In this document: in pieces, positions 1 to 10,599 of the stretch
How positions within the stretch are numbered: the first letter of the stretch is position 1
Layout of the letters: every line of letters starts with the position of its first letter
From: Lytechinus pictus
Taxonomy: Eukaryota
Direction: 5' to 3'
DNA length: 64,000 nt
Assembly: GCF_037042905.1 (NCBI RefSeq)
Contig: NC_087252.1
Span: 3,474,001 to 3,538,000, forward strand
Notes under the pieces: generated by a model
Seen by the model: only the letters and a program-made list of their open reading frames with translations
The model's database searches: none
What the model was told of the DNA's origin: nothing
Translations under genes and position numbers: made by a program

Positions 1-455
1 TAGCATTATTCCCCACTTGTTCTTTTGTATTTTATTATATAAAATGAGGTTTATTCAATATTTTCCTGTCAAGAACCAAAACAGTTGAATTGACAATTGA
101 TTTAGTCCATTAGATATTTTTAGCTGCAACTTATTTCATTATAAGGGAGACATATCATTCATTCTGGTTTGAAAAAACATGAAGCAACTTTGATTCCACA
201 AGGAACAGCTAGGATAGTGGGGATGTGACAGCAGCAGCCCACCTATCAAATATTCATGACGACATGCGTATTTCCATTTTCATAAAATATTGCTAAACTT
301 TAGAATTAAATAACTTAACTAATCGTTATCAGATTTTGAAAAAATTTATTAATTTTGATAAAATGTATTTGATATAAATATTTTCAGCCAGGAGTACCCC
401 CTCAAATCAAGTTGCGTATCTGAATAAACATGCGTGCGCGTGTTTAGAGTTAGAC

Positions 456-2985
456 CAACGAACGTAGAGGGCAGCAACACACAAGCGTGTAAGCGTGTTG
501 CTCTAAGGAAGGTCAACTCCGCTCGAGTTTTGTGACCACTCTAAAAAATAAGGTGGGGTTTTGGGAAATTTGTCGAGTTGATTTTTTTTCATTTGTTGAT
601 TTCAAATATTTTTTAATGAACAATTATTAGATCAGTTATTCTGGGTAGAAATATTAAAATATTACTTTTATTTTTAAAGAAAATATTTAGCTTGAATAAT
701 CATTATTTTGACATTTTCCCTCATTTTGGAATATTAAGTCTATGACGAGGATACCTCTCATCTCTTATTTTCTTCTGCTGAATTTCGCTGCACCACTAAT
801 AAATGCATAGACATCCACCGTAATAATCGAGGTCATTTTTCTGGCCTGGGTACGCCGAGTCTGGGCCGGTCGCGCAGCTAGCTAGTGACGTTGAAGATGC
901 GCTGGGGCTTCATGCGACTCGTCACAGATCTTCTAGCAACATAGACAATGACGTCTAATTTGCCTAGTCTGATTTGAAGTGCAATGGCTTCAGGGCTGAT
1001 GTTTATCAACGATGATTGTTCAAGATTAGATTTTAATTTTTTAATTTCATTCGACTTTTAAATCTATAAATCTGAAATAAAGGCGCTGTTTCCCCGAAAT
1101 CCGGGTCTAAATTTCAGCTTCGAGTCCGAGACAATGGACGGCGAAAAAAAACCCATGCATCGGATGCATTGCATTGGCTGCGCGCTGCGCTGCAGCTGCA
1201 CAGCCAGGCTGCGTCGCGTCGAAGGTCGATTGAGCAACCAAACTTCCAAAGCCAAATTTAAGCTTTAATAAACGGCCACCTATCCACATTTTCCCGGGTT
1301 TTCTTCAATAATTTCTAAGAAAAATCAGCCAATTGATGGAAACTGATTGCAATGTTACATCGTTTTGCGTTAGACCTAACCCAGTCTGCCAAAGTTAGGG
1401 TAGGCCTGGACTAGGGATGGGGGCTAGATTAAACCATCTTAATTTATGATTTTGGGCAGAAAGTTGATTTGATAGACAGCATCCATATCTTAATTTGACC
1501 ATTGATTCTCTGCAATCAATGTTTAAAGACTTTTACATAATTTGTTTGCCATATTGCAATTGGTTAATTTTCCTGGGCCTGGCCTGTGCTTGGCCGGCAG
1601 AACGCGTAATTTTTGTTTGAGAAATTTCAAAATCGAAAGAGCAAAGTGACTGAGCTCGTCCTGATTTTATGCATTTTCTAAAGTGAATTTCAAGGATTTC
1701 ATGTCTAACACTAAGGCCTAACGGTAACTTGTCAACCATATAATCTTCTAACTTTGTTAGATCTAACAGTTAGACTCAAGGAATTTACCCTGTAGGCATT
1801 TAACGGACTAAAAAAATCATAACCTCCTAGTGGCTAGCCCATGCAGGTTGGTCTTAATTAAACCAAAGTTAGCTTGCATGGATCAACCCTCAAATGGTGT
1901 AGGTTTCGGCGTCCTTTATATAGACAGGGTGAAATCCGTCTGTTTTGAGTTTGTTATTATTATTTTATTATTTTTTTTTTTTTGCATAGACTATCTCATA
2001 CCAACAAGTCGTGCTAGATCTATTCTAGATCTACTTAAAGTATAGATATCCAGTGTGGAACAACATCTTAACAGATTGAGACTGGTCAAAGCATTTGTCT
2101 ACTTAGACTAATAAAGTTAGATCTTTAGACTTGGGTCTATCGATCAACTAGACAGGAATAACCGTCGTTTATGGGGATTTATTCAACAATTTCTGACATA
2201 TTACTATAATCTCCATCGGTGAGAGTGAGCCAGCGCAGTTCAGCAGAACAACCAAAATACAGAAACTGAAGCTTTGTGTCTATCGATCAACATGATCAAG
2301 ATCTAAGTTAGATGTAGACTTCACTTATTACTGATTGGAATGTATTTCTAAATTTATAAGTTTTTGGGAAAATGGTGAAAAGAAATAACATACTACTGAT
2401 AGATGCACGTAAATAAGTTTGTTTAATACCCATTGGCATTACTGCCGGTTCTAATAAATAAATGAGTCACGGCCTATGGGCTGCAGATAAATGCTGATCA
2501 AGTACCAGTGCTAGACTAGGGGTACGGGTGAGATCTAAATCCCGAAATGCTTTGCGAGTGGTCACAAAATCGTCTCGGCGCAAATCACCTAATACAGCCG
2601 TCTGGTGAAATCGCTGATAACAACAATCACATATGCCCAAGAAAGAATACATGGTGTACCGTGAAATCTACTACACTAACAATCACCGATTTGGTAATGA
2701 TTTTAGTTTCCTGAAACTTATATTTGTAAAGTTTTAAATATCAAAGTATGTTTTTAAAAGTATGTATATTCCTCAACATATTTTTAATGTTATATTTGAT
2801 ATCGTTGTAGTCATATTCTTTCATATTCGTTTCTTGATCGCTACTAATTTGTTGTTGTATTGGATCGGCATTTGATTTCGTTGGCATGAACAATAAAATA
2901 TGCGCGCAGCTCAGCTGCATGCGCGTATCGAGTTGACCTTCCTTAGAGCAACACGCTTGTGTGTTGCTGCCCTCTACGTTCGTTG
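456..2985. mobile_element. Non-autonomous DNA transposon, 8-bp TSD (P- or hAT-like)
   Basis: TIR caacgaacgtagagggcagcaacacacaagcgtgt...aaggtcaactc at 456-519 (with an internal 8-bp duplication) and its reverse complement at 2930-2985. Exact TSD agttagac at 448-455 and 2986-2993. No transposase ORF. Confidence 0.85.
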
Positions 2986-3974
2986 AGTTAGACCTAGTAT
3001 CTGGGCAATCTAAATACATTTTTTATTATAAAAATCAATAATGCGAGCGCGAAGCGCGAGCAGAAAATATTTGATATTCCGATCTGAAAAAGGGTGAATT
3101 TAAACACTTTTTCAAGTAATGTGTCGGAAAATTCTGAAGTGGGGGGGGGGGTCTTCTAAACGTCGTTTATTTTCATTACATTTCTGTCATTTATCATACC
3201 TACCACTAGATTTCTAGGAGGTGCGCTGCCTATGGAAAATAACATACGCAGCACCCCCTTCATCCCCAGCACCCCCGCTTCCCAGCACGTAGGGCCATGG
3301 GGCAGGGCGAAAAAGACTGTGAAATTTGATTTCTATTGTCTGACTTGTAATTTTTGTATAGAATACACGGGCGGTCGGGCGCGCGCTCACTTGATTCGAC
3401 ACAAAACCTGGAAGTTTCAAGTCCAACCACCCCATGACCCTCCCTGCTATCGAAGAGTGTGTATGGTTATCACGTATTGCGCGCGACGACGCACAGTGGG
3501 CCGGGGCCAAGCCCCCGAAGCTACCGCCATTTTGTTTAATCCATTAGAAGCTAAAATAAGTCCTCATTAATATTAATTTCGTACGATGCTCCCTCGTCGA
3601 CTGTGGTTTTGTACGTGTATTAGACAATACGCACATCAGCGCAATGACAAAGGTCAACTTGGCAAATTCATTAATGTATTCATTTTGTTACGCGCTCGTG
3701 ACGCGAAGGATTCAGCGAATCAAGCAAGCGCAAATCTGAGACGATACATTGCGCTCAATAAAGTATCGATATCACAATCGATATTACTTAAAAACAAAGC
3801 ATTGTTTGTATTGTGTCTTATAGGCCTATAAAGGGAAGATGAAAAGAGTAGTCTTCAAGTCGTGATTAGTTAAAGAGGTCTCAAGTGCTTTTGCCATCCC
3901 CAAATTGTCACATGTTAAGATATACAGCAATCTTAGTTTTTAACAAATGTAAAGAATCAATATTAATCAATCAA

Positions 3975-4188
3975 TATTAGGGGGGCCTACATTATACAAG
4001 CTCTGCTTTTCAGTTGGCCCTCCCTCCCTTTCAATCATTTATATTTCGATTTGATAATTGTCTATTGTAATCTTATAATGTTGTCAATTTTTGTATGTAC
4101 TTCAATTGTGATTATATGTTACTTTGTCAATTGTATCATAATTGTAAATATGAAATTGAAAGTGGAAAATAAAATAATTGAATTGAAT
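3975..4188 (+). mobile_element. 3' UTR fragment of an L2/Crack-type LINE
   Basis: gggggcc...tacaagctctgctttt...ggccctccc hairpin, then aataaa and an (attga)n tail. The same hairpin type occurs in the LINE 3' UTR at 62715-62762. Confidence 0.55.
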
Positions 4189-4499
4189 CTAGACTCTAAA
4201 TAGCCGGCAGAGGCCGCCGAACGGATCAAAGGGGGCTGTTGCACTGACCCAAAAGTCTTGGTTTTTTTGTTTTTTTCTAGGGGGGGGGGGGCGGGTGGGA
4301 GCAGAACATGGTTATTACAATTTGATGGTAATTTTCACTGGTTGAGTATGGTTACTGAAAAAAATAACTGTCACCACTAATAGAGTACATTTCTTGTTAC
4401 AAATTTCGAGAAGCAAAAAAAAAATCTTTTGTTCAAGGTATAATACGTAAGGGGCCGGCCCCGGCCCTCATGGATCCCCGTGCCTGTTTTCTTCATCTG

Positions 4500-4658
4500 G
4501 CGTCCGTTTCATAATGAATTACAGCTATTTATTATTGTGATTACCGTGGTAATCTAGATTATGATTGGTTATAGCAGTTACCATCGTAGTTAACTACGAT
4601 GATAACGGCTATAACCAATCATAATTACCATACTTGTAACTCATGATGAAACGGGCCC
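4500..4658. mobile_element. Small palindromic MITE (Harbinger-like)
   Basis: Inverted ends ccgtttcataatgaattaca / tgtaactcatgatgaaacgg; flanks ctg / cag. Confidence 0.6.
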
Positions 4659-7140
4659 CAGTTAATCATGTTTAATACGTTTCCTGTCCCCTCTATTCTC
4701 CAGCATTTCTTGCTCTGTTTTTCCATTTAATAATTTTTCCACTCACGTTATTTTGGTGCCGCCTTTCTCCTACATATATTTCCTTCTTCTTTTCCCACTT
4801 GTTATCTGTCTCCTGGTTTCCATAAATCTCGTCTTATTTCTCTTCCACCCCTTTGTTCCTACTTCCCACCATTCGTGCTCTCTTACCCCCCCCCCCTCTA
4901 AATTATCTCTTCATATGTGCCCCTCGATTTCTTTCTCATCTCTTTTCAACCCCCTTCTCATCACTCTTTTTCTCTCTCTCGATCTCCATCTCATTTGAAT
5001 TTGCCAATTCCAAATCCCTTTCATTTTAGCTCTGTACAAATACTATATGAATACAAATGAAAGACATGAAGGCATTTTCTGGTTAGTTGTGAATTTTATT
5101 AATAGCCAGAAAAATATCACATTATCAGAGGATTTAGCCTTACTTTTTTTCTTAAGCGTATGTTAATACTTTGAATCGAACGAAAATGTTTTTTGTATGC
5201 AGGGGCAGCGATCCTGGGGGGCACAGTTCCCCCTACTTTTTGAAGCACTGAAAAGTGCCTTTAATTCTATGTAAGAAAAATGTGTACTGTGTCCCTTTCA
5301 CCTGACGAGAACCTGTTTTAGGTGTTACCAAGTGCTCTTCCCTGCAAATTTTTACCAAAAAATGCCCCCCGAACGTGTTCTGTGCCCTTTCATCTGAGGG
5401 CCCGTTTTAAGTGTTAAAAAGTGCCCCCTCGCCTTCTTGTAAGTGCCCTTTCTCGAATAACTGCCCCCTTTTACCCAAGAAAAGTGCTCCTAAAGAATTT
5501 GTTCTGTGCCCCTTTCACCTGAGAAGGACCCGTTTTATGGTCACCATGACGAGTGTCCTTTGAAACAAGAAAACAATAAGGAAATCCTTTGTGCATTAAG
5601 TTTAATAATTCATGTGAGTGGGGGTAGATAAGCAGTTTCGTACACTACATATGGAGGGGGGGCTTGAAGGACTCTTGCCCCCCCCCCCCCCCAAAAAAAA
5701 AGGGTGAAATATATCATTCTGAATATTTTGTCGAAATCTATCACAAAATTGGATTTTTCTTTTTAAAAATGTCAAAATTTTGCTCTCTCGCAACTTCTTT
5801 AAAATTTCACATAATACAGCATTTTCCCTGTGCCCCCCCCCACACTTTCAACTTCACTTCGCCGCTCCTATTTGTATGTTTATAGCTTTTCCTTTTGCAA
5901 CCAGTTTTAATGAAAATCGACAGGAAATGTCATACTTCATGAATTTGGGGTTGTGATGAAAATTAAAAAAAAAAAAATTGGACTTGAAAAAAAAAAAAAC
6001 TTTTCCATCTTTATCAAGTGCTTCCTAAGCTAAGTCACTCTTCAATTTGTTGGATTTCTTGAATGAAAACATCTGTTACACCAGTCCTGCAGATTGAAAA
6101 AATAGAGAAAGAAAATCAATGAATTTAAATTAAAATTGTCATGATTTGTAAAACATAAATGTTTTAAGAAAAGTAAGACTATACATACCGGTATATAAAT
6201 TTCTTCATCACATAACATAGGAAATCTTACTTCTACTAATATATAAATTATATATAATAGTCAGAATTAAAGATGATATGTTTTGTTGCACAGAATATTT
6301 TGATCTGCGAATAAAAACGACACCTATCTATAACCTAAAAACAGAATTGAAATGTTTTTTTCAAAGGCAGGTCTATTTGTTGCCTAAAAATATTGTGAAA
6401 ACCCCCCATAATTATTAAAAATAATCACTTATTAACTCACTCATATAACTGCTGTAGGTTGTATTTCTCTTTGTGGTCCTATCACTGTTCTATTAGGCCT
6501 ACTTCACCAATTGTTTATCATCATCAATCACCTCCATGGAAATTGTAGAGCTGCATCATCCTATTGGACAAAATGTAAAATAATAAGATTTAAAAAAAAT
6601 TGAAAATCTACAAATATGAAATATGAATATCACACTAAAGAATGAATAAAATGAATTTTATCAAATATAAAACATGAAAAATAAATATTGCTTTGTTTAT
6701 AAACAAATAGGAAATAAAAAGGCCATTTAAATAATAGTAGATCAAGGACATGACCTTATTTCATAAATTTGCCCAAGGTACATAACTTTTGGCATTGGTT
6801 CTATTTTAGACTCGAGAGAGTCGAGAGCCTGTATATATAAGAAGTGTATATTCAGTATAAATCCTACCTCTTAGCAGTGGCTCAGGTTATTTTTATTTAA
6901 TGTAAACATGGTTAACATTCATTTCAATGCATGTAATGTATCTGTAATTTTTTATGGGTTAGTTTAACTTTTATACCTGGATGAGAATCTGCAAAATGAT
7001 ACATGCACTTATGATCATCATGTTTAACCATAGGTACCGGGTAGACCTCTACTGTTTTTCTTGTTCTTCAAACTCAACCTGTTTGTGAAAGAAAAGAGAG
7101 AACAATAAGTGTCAAGTGATCTCTTTCATGGCCGTATGTA

Positions 7141-7427
7141 CACTGTTAAAAAAACTGATTTTACAGGAAAAAAACAAGATTTTGCAGAAAGCAATAACAG
7201 AATCATTCTGTAAATTCATAAAACAGGAAGTTTTCTACAGAACAGATCTGTTTAAAAAGAGGAAAATGGTGTTTTATTTAAGGAAAATAAGGAAATACAC
7301 CAAATACCAATTTCCTGTAATTTTACATGATATAATGTAAGATTATGCAATCTGGTAAAATTACAGGTGTTCTCGAGACTCTGCTGCAGGAACTTCTTTT
7401 ATTTTAAGAATACATTTTCTAACAGTG
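7141..7427. mobile_element. CACTG-ended MITE (CMC/EnSpm-like) with TA flanks
   Basis: ta|cactgtta ... taacagtg|ta, with internal ttacag/ctgtaa subterminal repeats. Confidence 0.7.
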
Positions 7428-7998
7428 TAGGGGGAGGGGTTTGGGTGGGAGCTGAAATGTGAAAACCTTCATTAAAAAAAAGAATTGCATGAAATCCTTC
7501 AATTTTACTTTAGAAAATGCAAAAAACAGCCCTAGGCAATATTGGTAGGTTCGGGCCCTCACTTTCTGAATTTCAGGTTTCTCTAAAAAAGTTTCACATG
7601 TCTGCCCCCCCCCAAAAAAAAATAATAAATAAAAATCTGCATCTTTTTATTCCGAATCTTAGTTCATTTGATTTTAACAACATAATTTAATAATCTCATG
7701 CACTAGGTCTAGATCTATTTGTAAGAAAGTATAGATCTAGTCCAACCAGAATCAGTGCTGCGTGACAGCATTCATGTAGGCCTATCTTAATAAGGTCTAG
7801 ATCTAGACTATCGATAGACTCTCGATCTATCTAGACCTAGAATGTAAAGCTAACCCTTCGGTGACTTTACCTAGATGTATATCGATTTAGAAATTTTTGA
7901 TGTCTGACTTTTATTCCTGGCTAAACCTTCATTGCCATTATTGACCGAGAGTAGATCTATCATCTAGGTCTAGTCCTGACCTTGGTCCACCGACAGTC

Positions 7999-8043
7999 TA
8001 ACCCAGGGAGCTCCCGCTGCGCGGGCGGGAGCTCCCTGGGTTA
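7999..8043. mobile_element. 45-bp hairpin insertion with 9-bp TSD (minimal Academ-like MITE)
   Basis: Perfect 19-bp stem taacccagggagctcccgc / gcgggagctccctgggtta with a 7-nt loop. TSD ccgacagtc at 7990-7998 and 8044-8052. Confidence 0.75.
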
Positions 8044-10599
8044 CCGACAGTCATACTCGTATCGTACATGTAAATGTAGTCGTGTAGGCCCAGACCTACA
8101 TCTAGGCCTAAAATTATAGACCTAGATCCTAAGCCCTGGGGGTACGTGTCGAGGGTTGGGAAAGTATAAGTTAGATGACTAGATTTGAATTAGGTAGGCC
8201 CAGATCTACGTACAATCATCGATGGATAAAAGTAAAGTAACATAAACTGATGAATTAAAATTAAGAAGAAAGACTAGGCTCTGTTAACCAGACATTAGAT
8301 CTTGATCTATTGAAAATAAGAGTGAGACAAACATACAGAGCAGCATGTTATTTCTAAAGTAATACCGAGTCTAATTAACTATATAAATAACAATAAGAAT
8401 TAAAATGGGTGGGGGCTAAATGCAGAAGAAGCCTGAACTTGAAGTTATGCAAAATAAATTTGATATCTGAAACTGACGAGAATCTAGTGAGGATTGACAC
8501 AATGATGACAGGCATATCTTCTTCCACACTCCGCTTCACAGTATTCCTGACTGAGTCTCGATTTACTGAAGATAGATGCAGATCTCCCTCTAGATCTAAC
8601 GTTATACAGTGTACAAAAAGAAACTTCATTCTTCTTGTTTTAATCAATCGTGGGCTCCCGGCCCGATTTTCTCTCGATGCCCAGCCGGCTAGGAGCCCGT
8701 ACAAAATACATGTGGTTGACACAGCGGCATAACCACTGAAAAGCAACATACAGGCTGCACTGGGCCGGGCGACGATGACAATCTAACTTCAATTTCAAAG
8801 ACCAAATTCTGCTTTTCTTTAACAGAAGAATGATAGCAAAGTCTCTAATTAGTTAAAGAAATAACCTAAGATCACAAAATACAGTGTGAAATGTGTAAAT
8901 AGTCCACAGAATTAATGTGGTTATATCAATTTATACGTACTCACCGGAGTGTTCGTAGGTCCATTTTTGTGTGGAAAGAAAAGTTTCATAATGAATAAAT
9001 TAGATGACGTAATGAGGTCAAATGAATAATTAATTCTGTAACACGATACCACTAGTATCGATGACAAAGAATCGGGGAAATCGCGTATTAATGACGCTCT
9101 TAGCCAATGAAAAGGCCGGATTATGAATATCTTCATGCTCATGAATGTCAATGAGGGCTTATTTTTGTCTTCAAATGATCGCGGTAGGCGGAGCCTAATC
9201 TCATTTGTTTTGTGCTGAACGCGCACGCAGCTTTCGGTCTAGTAATATATTATAAGGTCTTTGGCCGGGGCGAAACAAAAGTGCGCCAAAAGTCATTTTG
9301 GGCAATTTCAGATTTTTATTTTTTGTTATGCCCAGCTGAAAGACAACACTTTGAAGAATACTTCAGCAAAATATTTCATTCCGAAATTTGCATAAAGGTT
9401 GTTAATTTCCAACCTCAAATCGTAAAATGTGACATTTTGCGAAATGTCGCGTATATGACAACCTAGTTAAAAAACAGACAATTTCCCAGGAGGTTTTTCA
9501 TGTAGGAATCTGAAATGGCTCCAACATAATCCTGATATATTCTTTTTTGTGTGTGAAAGGGTTCAAAGTAGATAAAAGACACCTTTCAGGAGGTTTATAG
9601 TATGATTATTCCTCGAAATAGGCTGAAAATCCATGTTTTTTGCATTTACATTAGAAACGTTTGGATTTCCGTAGATTTCCGTCTAATTTCTATCATCATC
9701 ATTTTTTCTGATGTCTTAGCTTTAAGACGATACCAAATTTAGCTGCCCGTTTTTGCCCGTTGCCATGTGAGAGCCGATTTTACTTGACACAACACCCCCA
9801 AAACCTGTTCAAAAGCGGTAATTTTATACCGCGCAGTCATCGTAGCGCACCGTATGGGTGTACATTGCCGTTCGCTTTTGCACGGCGAGGACGATTCCCC
9901 TTCCATTCCATGAAAATGACATGAATTCCGGGCAAAATGTAAACAAAATAAAGGTTGCTAACGCAAATAAGGGCTATACTCACAACTCTTCCAGAGTTAA
10001 AACTTACTTGTAGAATAATTTCAGCCAAAAACCCTCCTCATAGTGATACATTCTTGGTGCTAAATACATTTACACAAGTAAACACAGCTTCATAAAGCAC
10101 GGTTAATATTTTTCAGATTTTATTTTTTCTTTTTATAAATCTAATTAATGATCATTTTGATGCTATAAAATTATTTTCAGGATCTCATACACACTTTTTA
10201 GGCATGTGAGAAGCCTAAACCAACATTCACTCTGGTCAATCTTAAAGTAGCACATAACACAAAATTTATATACTACACATTGTCTAGCGTAATTTGTCTT
10301 CACAGATATGTTTTAAGTAGCCAATCAAAATTTGGTATCAAGGTGACGTCAAATCGGCTTTAGATTATGTTCAGTCGATTCTACGCCCAAAATTACCCAT
10401 AGTCAACATGTTAAAGTAAAAATCTAACACGGAATATAATTTTGGCGCACTTTCAACTCATTCTGGCCCACTGTGCGACGTCTGTATCGGATTGCTGCCC
10501 CACTGGAGCTTGATTGAGTCGCGTTATAGGAGGGATGTTATTGGAATATGTGAACGACTATGTGAATGATTTGCGATTGTCGGATGTGATAATTATGTA

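Larger units (their letters stand above)
3508..9263. mobile_element. Nested 5.8-kb insertion with 8-bp GC-rich TSD and CAA...TTG ends (P-element-like, non-autonomous)
   Basis: TSD gccggggc at 3500-3507 and 9264-9271. The right end reads caaagaccttataat on the minus strand; the left TIR matches it poorly. No THAP or transposase ORF seen. Confidence 0.6.
3492..10475. mobile_element. Transib-like non-autonomous element (about 1.2 kb originally) with CACAGTG termini, split by a nested insertion
   Basis: Left end cacagtgggcc (3492), right end ggcccactgtg (10475). 5-bp TSD cgacg at 3487-3491 and 10476-10480. The rest of the left TIR (gaaacaaaagtgcgccaaaa) resumes at 9272 and mirrors ttttggcgcacttt in the right TIR. 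Confidence 0.85.

Noticed and set aside
3492..3534. CACAGTG + exactly 27 bp + GCCATTTTG, resembling the heptamer/27-bp/GCCATCTTG TIR layout I recall for amphioxus ProtoRAG
   Set aside because: Bases from 3508 onward belong to a nested insertion (8-bp TSD; the true TIR resumes at 9272). The other end has no matching 31-bp/GCCATCTTG arrangement, no RAG1L or RAG2L coding sequence is visible, and GCCATTTTG is a common YY1-type motif. Best treated as a chimeric coincidence.
8375..8749. Overlapping 124-aa and 107-aa ORFs as a candidate transposase or RAG fragment
   Set aside because: No THAP, DDE, RING, kelch or PHD motif recognisable.
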